A stretch of DNA of 47,734 nucleotides from a virus (IMGVR_UViG_3300014208_001203:1-47734); one strand, 5' to 3'; counted from the first letter of the stretch, positions 1-7,245 are shown. Numbers and translations are program-made. The notes: generated by a model from the sequence alone, not told the origin.

Positions 1-90
1 ATGTTGATACATTTCAAACTCTTCCTTTGTTCCATTATGCAACTTCGATTCTGCCATCGCTGCCGAAAATTTTTGTCCTGTATGTGTCAT
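1..90 (-). CDS. Hypothetical protein, N-terminal part (runs off window)
   Basis: ATG at 90, open to the window edge (MTHTGQKFSAAMAESKLH...); not in the ORF track. Confidence 0.5.
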   Translation of the reverse strand, partial: MTHTGQKFSAAMAESKLHNGTKEEFEMYQH

Positions 91-132
91 ATAATTTAAC
101 TACATTTATTTGTGACCGTTATAAACAATAAA

Positions 133-309
133 TTAAAATTGTTTACATTTTAGTCTTTTGCTAAGTTTCTTCGCCCATCGAGCAAAAGATTTTGCTTTTT
201 CTTCATCAATATTTTCTGGCTCTACCATATGTCCAGCAGTTGCTTTATTTGCTGCGTCAAACAATTTGTCAGCAAAATCTTTCACGTCTTTATCTGTAAA
301 GTTTTCCAT
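133..309 (-). CDS. Hypothetical cassette protein, 58 aa
   Basis: Hand translation MENFTDKDVKDFADKLFDAANK...KCKQF*; fills one cassette; promoter motif upstream at 374-400. Confidence 0.7.
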   Translation of the reverse strand: MENFTDKDVKDFADKLFDAANKATAGHMVEPENIDEEKAKSFARWAKKLSKRLKCKQF

Positions 310-326
310 AATTTTAATTTACATTT

Positions 327-448
327 TTATAACAACAAATATAAAACATTGCTGTCGTGGTTTCTATTTATATTATACGTTATTTTCTAAGTTTTGTTTC
401 ATTAATTTACTTCTGTGTTGCAACGTTTTATATTTGCAACCGTTATAT
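327..448. repeat. attC-like hairpin site 1
   Basis: TAAC-aa-CAAATATAAAACATTGC ... GCAACGTTTTATATTTG-caacc-GTTA (16/17 paired). Confidence 0.85.
374..400 (-). promoter_or_regulatory. AAC-N16-CGTA promoter motif inside the loop of site 1
   Basis: Minus strand GAAAC-N16-CGTATA, same as 13 other copies. Confidence 0.7.
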
Positions 449-533
449 GCAATGCTACGTTTCTGCTTCGTATTAAGTTTCATCGTAACATTCTTTTTAT
501 TTTATTTTTTCTCCCACCTCACAAATATAGTAA

Positions 534-1379
534 TTATATTTTGAATATTTTATTTATTTTAATATTATCATCATCAAATACAATAATTTCATCAGTAATA
601 CCATAACCAGTGTCAGCATCAACAATTATTACAGTATCAAATCCTTCATTATTTGCAGTTTCTAACCAGCCAACTCTATTCCAATTAGTTCCTATATTTT
701 CACCTTTTTCTGTTGTTGTATTACCAAGTTTTATATCACATTCGTAAATGTATGCAATTCCGTTATTATCTTTTAAAACAGAAGCATAATAATTAGCATA
801 TTTTAATTCTCTAAAAAAGAAAAAACCATTATCAGCACCAAGTTGTCCACTTGATTTATTTTCTCCATATCTAAATTGTTTAAATTTAAAAGAACTTGCA
901 TGATAACCTTTCATTGTTTTTTCATTTTTATTGAAATTTGGTTTTATATTATTTTTATTATCTTTATATAATTTTCTCGCTTCATCTTGAAGTTCTTTAG
1001 TATTATCCATTATAAATGTCCAATGATTACTACCATAATCTTTATCCGCAATTATCGTTTTATAATGTGCAAATGATGTAGTTCTATTTTTATAAACGGT
1101 ATTGTTATTATTATCTTTAACAATTCTACCAATAACAATTTCATCACCTTTATTTATTCTACCATAATCTTTAATTAAATTAATATCGTTTAAATAAACA
1201 TATTCTTCAACAAAATCATTTTCTTTCCATTTTCTTGCATTATCAATAAATGGTTGTAATTTAGATTTATCAAATTTATAGTTGTAATCAAAATCATTAT
1301 CTGAATTTTCCACTTGTTCATTCAAATATTCACGTATAGTAGTTGCTATAAATTTGCGTAGTTTCATATCTTTCTCCAT
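534..1379 (-). CDS. ADP-ribosyltransferase-fold-like (ART-PolyVal-like) protein with LRKFI..TIREYL leader
   Basis: YHAS..F..F, GFFFF...YA..Y, EGFDTVII, EIIVFD motifs resemble 12806..13375. Confidence 0.6.
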   Translation of the reverse strand: MEKDMKLRKFIATTIREYLNEQVENSDNDFDYNYKFDKSKLQPFIDNARKWKENDFVEEYVYLNDINLIKDYGRINKGDEIVIGRIVKDNNNNTVYKNRTTSFAHYKTIIADKDYGSNHWTFIMDNTKELQDEARKLYKDNKNNIKPNFNKNEKTMKGYHASSFKFKQFRYGENKSSGQLGADNGFFFFRELKYANYYASVLKDNNGIAYIYECDIKLGNTTTEKGENIGTNWNRVGWLETANNEGFDTVIIVDADTGYGITDEIIVFDDDNIKINKIFKI

Positions 1380-1487
1380 ATATTTTACTTTATATATAAA
1401 TATTCAAATTTTAAATTTCTTCCCACAAAAAATAAAACAAAAAGTTTCATCTCTCATATCAAAGTTTGTAGTATAAATCCGCACTGC

Positions 1488-1581
1488 ATATAACAAGGTG
1501 TATAAGAAAGTTTGCTATCAACGATAGTGGTAATTTGAAAGTTTATACAAGCAAACCTTCTCATACACCCAATCGTTAGGT
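1488..1581. repeat. attC-like hairpin site 2
   Basis: TAAC-aa-GGTGTATAAGAAAGTTTGCT ... AGCAAACCTTCTCATACACC-caatc-GTTA (18/20). Confidence 0.85.
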
Positions 1582-1591
1582 GCAATATTTT

Positions 1592-2371
1592 TTAATTTTT
1601 TTGCCACCCCACTTCGGTTTTTTCAAAACCGTTTGGAAAAAACTCGTTCATTGTTTTGCCACTTAACCACCATTGCATTGCAATCTCTCCGTTTCCATTC
1701 GTGGCACAAGTTAATTTCCATTGTGGATTTTTGCTCATTCCTTTTGTAATTGCTCGTTTAATCGCTTCATAATATTTTGGATAAAGTTCAAATTCTTTTT
1801 CTCTTGCACCTTTTCGGCTCACTAATGGGCAGCCAACGCAACCAAGTCTATTTGCTCCAGTTCCGTAATGTGGTGCAAGTTTTATTTGTTTTTCGGCAAT
1901 AAATGAATAAACATCTTTATCAGTCCAATCGTAAATTGGATAAACGTGTTGGCTTCCTTTTTGCCATTTTCTATTATCGCATTGCACGTAATCTCTATTT
2001 TGTCGGTTCTTGCTTTCAGAACTACGAACACCTTCAAACATAATTTTACCAACCGAAACGTATTCTTTCAAAAATTCACAGCAATAGCGATTTAATCTTG
2101 TTGGTAATCCTTTGCGTTCAACTAATTGATAAAATGTTTCTTTTGGTTGCATTATTACTGTGTGTGGGTAATTATCTCTAATGTGCTTTATTGTTCCAAT
2201 CGGGTCGATAGTTGTATTTGCATAAATTGAAGTATATTCGATGCCTGATTTTTGCAATAAATAATCAACTACGGCACTATCTTTACCTCCAGAATTACCT
2301 GCAAATAATGGTTTGTCGGTAGCGTTTGCAACCGTATGTATAAATTTTATTGCTTTTTCTTCTAAATTCAT
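1592..2371 (-). CDS. PAPS reductase-family (PP-loop) protein
   Basis: SGGKDS PP-loop, RYCC, GVRSSES, PIYDWT, RLGCVGCP; start moved to MNLEEKA at 2371. Confidence 0.85.
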   Translation of the reverse strand: MNLEEKAIKFIHTVANATDKPLFAGNSGGKDSAVVDYLLQKSGIEYTSIYANTTIDPIGTIKHIRDNYPHTVIMQPKETFYQLVERKGLPTRLNRYCCEFLKEYVSVGKIMFEGVRSSESKNRQNRDYVQCDNRKWQKGSQHVYPIYDWTDKDVYSFIAEKQIKLAPHYGTGANRLGCVGCPLVSRKGAREKEFELYPKYYEAIKRAITKGMSKNPQWKLTCATNGNGEIAMQWWLSGKTMNEFFPNGFEKTEVGWQKN

Positions 2372-2408
2372 TTTTATTTCCCTCCCTAAAAAATTAAAAA
2401 ATACAGAC

Positions 2409-2462
2409 ACCTAACAGCGTGTATGTTGCATTAAAACGACAACATACACGCAACCGTTAGCA
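2409..2462. repeat. attC-like hairpin site 3 (minimal)
   Basis: TAAC-a-GCGTGTATGTTG-cattaaaacga-CAACATACACGC-aacc-GTTA, perfect 12-bp arm. Confidence 0.9.
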
Positions 2463-2466
2463 AACA

Positions 2467-2682
2467 TTATTCAGTAACATTTAGAATAACTATATAATTG
2501 TCAATTGGTTTATCTGTGTTAAAATGATACCATTTATCATTCTTTCTCTCAACAGGTATTTCCCAATGTTCTATATTATTTAATCCTTTAACTAAATATC
2601 CTTTTAACATATAACGTTTGCTAACACCAGCTATATTTAATTGCTGGTTATCTGTGCTATTTAAGTTTTGTTCTTTGTTCAT
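2467..2682 (-). CDS. Hypothetical cassette protein starting inside hairpin site 4
   Basis: 71-aa ORF; QLNIAGVSKR is encoded by the arm and core of site 4. Confidence 0.7.
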   Translation of the reverse strand: MNKEQNLNSTDNQQLNIAGVSKRYMLKGYLVKGLNNIEHWEIPVERKNDKWYHFNTDKPIDNYIVILNVTE

Positions 2683-2749
2683 AATACATCTTAATTTGAT
2701 AGCTTAGTGTTTCAAAATCAGCAACTAAACATAGCTGTAAACGTTATGG
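2619..2749. repeat. attC-like hairpin site 4
   Basis: TAAC-ac-CAGCTATATTTAATTGCTGGTT ... AATCAGCAACTAAACATAGCTG-taaac-GTTA (19/22). Confidence 0.85.
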
Positions 2750-2968
2750 TCAATTGTAAAAAACCGCCTCCGTAGTCTTTACCCTTTGACCTTGAATTAA
2801 GGCATTTAATCCTATTTCATCAAATGTGGTATTCTCTGCAAATCCACTCGTGTCCATTTCTCCACTATCACACCAAATTGTAACTATCACACTTTTCGGT
2901 ATTGGATTTGTTTTAATAGGCAAAAATTTGTCTATATGTTCATTAATTTGTTCTGCTGTCCATTCCAT
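2750..2968 (-). CDS. Hypothetical cassette protein
   Basis: 72-aa ORF whose stop abuts the GTTA core. Confidence 0.65.
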   Translation of the reverse strand: MEWTAEQINEHIDKFLPIKTNPIPKSVIVTIWCDSGEMDTSGFAENTTFDEIGLNALIQGQRVKTTEAVFYN

Positions 2969-3030
2969 CGCTCAAAATATTTAATTATTACATTTTACCT
3001 CGTATCAATATTTGTGCGTAATTATCGCAC

Positions 3031-3076
3031 TGGTCATATACCTGTCCGTTATAGCACATTAAAACGATGCTATAAC
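3031..3076. repeat. Orphan right half-site followed by an empty cassette
   Basis: tgtcc-GTTATAGCA-cattaaaacga-TGCTATAAC; no matching left arm found upstream. Confidence 0.75.
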
Positions 3077-3318
3077 AGCAAATATATTTAATTTTAAAAA
3101 TTTGGAACTGTCACTACAATTGGATATTTCTTCGGTTTATTGGCTGAAAAAAATTTACTTTCAGTCATATATTTACCAATCCATTGTTTAGTTCTATCTT
3201 CAACAATTTCATTAAATGCTCTATATTTTAGAACATCAAGTAAATTTTCTTCTGTTATTTTAATTGCCCATTTCATAATAAAATTTTTAAAACTATAATA
3301 TATTTGCAACCGTTAGCA
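3070..3318. repeat. attC-like hairpin site 6 with a gene in its loop
   Basis: GCAAATATATTTAATTTTAAAAATTT (3078-3103) pairs with 3281-3307, then aacc-GTTA. Confidence 0.8.
3094..3276 (-). CDS. Hypothetical protein, 60 aa, between the arms of site 6
   Basis: MKWAIKITEENLLDV...; ATG at 3276. Confidence 0.6.
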   Translation of the reverse strand: MKWAIKITEENLLDVLKYRAFNEIVEDRTKQWIGKYMTESKFFSANKPKKYPIVVTVPNF

Positions 3319-3322
3319 TCAA

Positions 3323-3502
3323 TTACCACATAAAACTATTACATTTTTCACAGTACCGTTGTTTGCCAAATATACTTTTTTTACTATGTTCTTCTTGTGT
3401 GCAATGTGGTAACTGTTCGCTTCGCACACTAACATCAGATAACAACAATTTTTCAGTGCTATTATCAATGTTTTTTGTTAATTTTTTACTTTTGTTTTTC
3501 AT
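3323..3502 (-). CDS. Hypothetical 59-aa protein with CxxC, starting inside hairpin site 7
   Basis: Hand translation MKNKSKKLTKNIDNSTEKLLLSDVSVRSEQL...YCEKCNSFMW*. Confidence 0.6.
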   Translation of the reverse strand: MKNKSKKLTKNIDNSTEKLLLSDVSVRSEQLPHCTQEEHSKKSIFGKQRYCEKCNSFMW

Positions 3503-3544
3503 ATTAAAATTCGTTTAAACTGCTGTTATCTGTGACCGTTATAC
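3427..3544. repeat. attC-like hairpin site 7
   Basis: TAAC-at-CAGATAACAACAATTT ... AAACTGCTGTTATCTG-tgacc-GTTA (14/16). Confidence 0.8.
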
Positions 3545-3561
3545 ACAATTGCTTTTTATAT

Positions 3562-3588
3562 TATACGTAAATAATTAGATTTTGTTAC
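3562..3588 (-). promoter_or_regulatory. AAC-N16-CGTA promoter occupying an ORF-less cassette body
   Basis: GTAAC-N16-CGTATA between cores 3538 and 3605. Confidence 0.7.
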
Positions 3589-3598
3589 GAGCAAATGT

Positions 3599-4502
3599 GC
3601 ATAACAGCAAATATAACCAATGCTGTCAGTGCTTCGTAGCAAGATTTGCACAAGTTTTACCATAATTTTTATTTTTTTGCCCACGCACTTCAGTTTTTTC
3701 AAAACTGTTAAAGTTTACAATAAATGCGTCCAAAAGCTCAATGGAGAACCATGATAAAAAGTAGTTTCACATTCATTATTATATTTACCATTAATGGTTT
3801 TTGTTATTTCACCATCTTTGTATATTTCTACTTTAACAATATTTTCTACTGGAATATTTTTTAAACATATTTCACTATATCCACCATATTGTTCTTGTAT
3901 ACTTGACCATTCTAAGGGAGATAGTAGTGATAAATCGTCTTTTTTTATATATGTAAGCAACACATCCACTTCTTTTAAATTTGGCTCTTCACTAAAACCA
4001 CATCCGTTTAAAAACTCCTTAGTTAAATTTGTTAGTTCATGTTCTGAGTAATCTTCTTCATTCCACTCCCTTTTATATTGTTTCAAATCATCAATTATTT
4101 CATCTTTATATCCAGAAATCCAAATATCACCACCAAAATGTTTATTTACATTATCCAAACAAACATAAAACAAAACACCATTTTTTATTGGATGTCTGTA
4201 TGCATGTGCCGCTGATGTTTGCCCATTTGCATATGCACTTGCATATGATTTTGATATGGATAAATATACCAAATTTAAACCAAACCCAGTACTTCTTGAT
4301 ATATTTGGCTTAATTTTTAATTTGCCAAATTCTTCTCTAATTAATTTACGTATAAAATCTTCTTGTTTTGTAATCATAATATCCAGTTTTTTATATATAA
4401 ATATTAAAAAATTAAAAATCCACCCTAAAAAATAAAAATTATTAGTGTAGTGTTTCAATCAAACATTTGTGGTAGCACTGGTTATATTTACAACCGTTAT
4501 GT
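3599..4502. repeat. attC-like site 8 with an ~850-bp gene-containing loop
   Basis: GCAAATATAACCAATGCT (3607-3624) pairs with AGCACTGGTTATATTTAC (4474-4491), 16/18. Confidence 0.75.
3715..4377 (-). CDS. Hypothetical protein with FIRKLIREEF leader, possibly ART-like
   Basis: Start moved to MITKQ at 4377; VYLS...YA..YA and C-terminal FYHGSP. Confidence 0.65.
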   Translation of the reverse strand: MITKQEDFIRKLIREEFGKLKIKPNISRSTGFGLNLVYLSISKSYASAYANGQTSAAHAYRHPIKNGVLFYVCLDNVNKHFGGDIWISGYKDEIIDDLKQYKREWNEEDYSEHELTNLTKEFLNGCGFSEEPNLKEVDVLLTYIKKDDLSLLSPLEWSSIQEQYGGYSEICLKNIPVENIVKVEIYKDGEITKTINGKYNNECETTFYHGSPLSFWTHLL

Positions 4503-4506
4503 GGCA

Positions 4507-4704
4507 TTAAGCACCACGCAACTTTTCGCCTCTCATGTCATCACAATTTTTTCTACCCCACTCAAGCACTTCCTCGTATGCTTTTTTCATATTTGGTTTT
4601 GCTTCATCATACACTTCTGCATTTTGATAACATCTACTACTTAACCCACAGAATATACGATAAAGTCCTTCTGCTGTTTCCTTGTCAAATTTTAATTCTT
4701 CCAT
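4507..4704 (-). CDS. Hypothetical cassette protein, 65 aa
   Basis: MEELKFDKE...; fills the cassette between cores 4496 and 4724. Confidence 0.65.
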   Translation of the reverse strand: MEELKFDKETAEGLYRIFCGLSSRCYQNAEVYDEAKPNMKKAYEEVLEWGRKNCDDMRGEKLRGA

Positions 4705-4717
4705 AATAATTAACGCC

Positions 4718-4839
4718 ACATAACAACGTGTATAAAACATTGCCTTTCGTGGTCTTTTTTAAGTTTATACTAATTTTATAATTTTGTTCATTTTATTAAG
4801 TTCTGTGTTGGCAACGTTTCATACACGCAACCGTTATAC
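4718..4839. repeat. attC-like hairpin site 9 (last in array)
   Basis: TAAC-aa-CGTGTATAAAACATTGCC ... GGCAACGTTTCATACACG-caacc-GTTA (16/18); loop resembles site 1. Confidence 0.85.
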
Positions 4840-5882
4840 ACAACATCCTTCTTTTTTTAAAATTTTAATGTTTTTATAAATTACTGATTCGCTCAAACCA
4901 GTTATTTTAATCAACTCCTTTACAGAAATACCTTTTTTATAATAAAGCTTGCAAATGTTTAAATTTTTTTTACAATTTTCTTTTTGGGATAATTTTTCAA
5001 ATGATATATTATTCCACTTTCTTTTTAAAATAGGAAGTTTTAAATTAATAGCCAAATTTTTAATATATTTTGTAATTTCTATATCAGTTACATGACAAGA
5101 CACTAAATTTCCATCATAATACGGAGTATAAATCTTATTAAATTTATCAGTAAAAGGACTTAACATTTTTATTATGTTTTCCTCCCAATTCTTGTGTACT
5201 TTAATTGTAATATAACCCCTTTTATTTATAGAACCATCTCCATCAATAAACCCTATTGCAATTGGAACTAATTCATCTTTTGTTAGTTTGTTAAAATCAC
5301 AAGGAACATAAGTTTTGTTGTGATTTATTTTAAATTTTTTATATAAAAAATCCCATATTTCTCTAATTCCAACATACAAACTTGGTTTAGTCAAGTGTAA
5401 TTTATAAATTTTGCTAATTTTTTTAAATGTTTAAAATCTTTTATTGCTAAATTAATTTGTAGTTGTTTGCTTTTTTCATTAAAATGACCATCTGCTAAAC
5501 AAAATCCAATCCAATATAAACTTTCATTTGAACCGTTTATTAATTTGAATGGATTGGAAAAAGATTCTGATTCACGTTTTAACTTAAAACAAAATGCTTT
5601 TTGTTGAATTGCACTCCAAGATCTTCCTAATTTTTTTACAAAATCATCAACATTACCTTTTTTATAATTCTCTTTCAAATATTTTATCTCCTGAGTTTTC
5701 CATATTTTTTGTTCCCCATTTTTATGATTTACTTTAATTCTTTTTATTCCAAGTTTTGATGCTCTGCTCTGAATTCCAATCCACGTTCTTTGCAAGTGAC
5801 TTATTAAATCTTTTTTATTTAAAGATTCGTAATTTTCAAACAAAAAATCATCTTCTTCTTTTTTCCAAATTGTTTTTTCCAT
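4834..5882 (-). pseudogene. LAGLIDADG endonuclease split into two ORFs (5391-5882 and 4834-5394)
   Basis: YWIGFCLADG in the first ORF and IGFIDGDG in the second; both motifs are in one ORF in paralog 11867..12646. Confidence 0.65.
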
Positions 5883-5943
5883 ATATCTATATTTTTTATA
5901 TAAATATATGTAAATTTGGGAAATTATGAAAAAAATCATATTA

Positions 5944-6387
5944 TCATCTACTTTCATTAATTTCTCTGTCTATTTCTTTAATTTTTAAACTCATTTTTTT
6001 GTCGAAAAGTTTTTTTCCTTTAGCCAGGGCTATTCCAAGCTTAATTAAACCTTTGTCATTAACAAATATTTTCGTAGGGACAATTGTAAAACCTTTTTCT
6101 TGTGTTTTGCTTTTTAGTTTTTTAATTTCTCTTTTAGTAAGAAGAAGTTTTCTATCTCTCTTTGGCTCATGCTGATCATAGCTTGAGTTTTTATATTCAG
6201 AAACGTGAATGTTTTTTACAAAAACCTCACCATCCTTAATATAACAATAAGCATCAGTAAAACTTACGGCCCCGTTCCTAATTGACTTCACTTCTGATCC
6301 AACCAGCGCTATTCCAGCCACAAATTCTTCTATAAAAAGAAATTCAAAGCTGGCCTTTTTATTCTTTATGCTAATATTATTTTTCAT
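5944..6387 (-). CDS. smpB: SsrA-binding protein SmpB
   Basis: NKKA, AGIALVGSEVKSIR, H.P.RDRKLLL.KREI, LAKGKKLFDK motifs. Confidence 0.95.
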   Translation of the reverse strand: MKNNISIKNKKASFEFLFIEEFVAGIALVGSEVKSIRNGAVSFTDAYCYIKDGEVFVKNIHVSEYKNSSYDQHEPKRDRKLLLTKREIKKLKSKTQEKGFTIVPTKIFVNDKGLIKLGIALAKGKKLFDKKMSLKIKEIDREINESR

Positions 6388-6721
6388 TTTCTAATGTTTT
6401 TTGATACATTTCGTATAAATAGTCTACAGGATGAGTTTTGTCAACAGAAGAATAATCCAACATTTTTTTCATCATTAGATCAATTATAAGAGCATGTTTT
6501 TCTTTTGGATATACTGTATTAAAGTTCTCTGCTATTCTTTTTGGTAAGTGTATAATGCACAGTTCAAACCAGCTAATTGGAGAGTTTGCTTGGGAACCTT
6601 TTAAAAACAACATTTTGTTATCATCATTAAACATTACTATCGTATCATACTCTGGAAACAAGTCTTTACTCATTTCCACCAATTTGCTTTTTTGTTCCTC
6701 AGTTAAATCCAGTGTTTTCAT
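6377..6721 (-). CDS. Hypothetical protein
   Basis: 114-aa ORF in an overlapping gene string. Confidence 0.7.
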   Translation of the reverse strand: MKTLDLTEEQKSKLVEMSKDLFPEYDTIVMFNDDNKMLFLKGSQANSPISWFELCIIHLPKRIAENFNTVYPKEKHALIIDLMMKKMLDYSSVDKTHPVDYLYEMYQKTLENEK

Positions 6722-6729
6722 TTTTAAAA

Positions 6730-7245
6730 TTATTCACCGTTTTCTTCTTCGTGTTTTCTCAATATTTCTTTTGCAATTTCCAAACTTAAATCCAGTTCTT
6801 TTTCAACAAGAGAAAATTGATCTTTTAATTTGAATCTAACTGATTCCTTTAAGTGTTCTTTGTTTAAAACAAGCATTAAGTTATTCATGAATTTTTTATT
6901 TAATTCTTCTAACATTGCTTTTTCCATTTTATCTTCATCAAGAGAATTTTCTTGCATTATTTTAAAATACTCAGAACTTGTTAAAAACAACTTGTCGTAT
7001 TCAACCACTTTCTCAAATGAGTTCTTTGTTATTTCAATTATTCCTTTACAAAAATCATTATAAGAATATGGAGAAATAGATGGATCAACATGGTTTACCA
7101 GAGCATTAACTGAATTTAATTTCATTTTCCACTCGTCAAAGTTTTCAACAAAATTTTCCAGCATATTTTCCTCAATTCCGTTTTTTAAATTGGAAATCAT
7201 TACTTTTTTAATTTCCTCAATCTCTTTATTATTCATGGATTTCAT
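6730..7245 (-). CDS. Hypothetical helical protein
   Basis: 171-aa ORF in operon. Confidence 0.7.
   Translation of the reverse strand: MKSMNNKEIEEIKKVMISNLKNGIEENMLENFVENFDEWKMKLNSVNALVNHVDPSISPYSYNDFCKGIIEITKNSFEKVVEYDKLFLTSSEYFKIMQENSLDEDKMEKAMLEELNKKFMNNLMLVLNKEHLKESVRFKLKDQFSLVEKELDLSLEIAKEILRKHEEENGE

Larger units (their letters stand above)
113..4840. mobile_element. Array of attC-like hairpin sites and gene cassettes; no integrase in window
   Basis: Ten GTTA right half-sites (GTT at 118, 442, 1575, 2456, 2743, 3048, 3312, 3538, 4496, 4833) and eight TAAC left half-sites (330, 1491, 2412, 2622, 3073, 3430, 3602, 4721) with paired arms; each cassette's two ends are mutually complementary. 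Confidence 0.8.

Noticed and set aside
158-606. Plus-strand ORFs 158..544 and 415..606, and similar antisense ORFs throughout
   Set aside because: F/L/S/I-rich shadows of minus-strand genes; they cross hairpin sites
327-4839. Hairpins as simple intrinsic terminators
   Set aside because: No U-tracts; loops contain promoters and genes; cross-cassette end complementarity is not explained by termination
113-4840. CRISPR array interpretation of the recurring AACCGTTA motif
   Set aside because: Repeats are not identical, spacing varies from tens to about 1100 bp, and the intervals contain genes
113-4840. Calling this a complete integron
   Set aside because: No tyrosine recombinase or attI can be identified in the window
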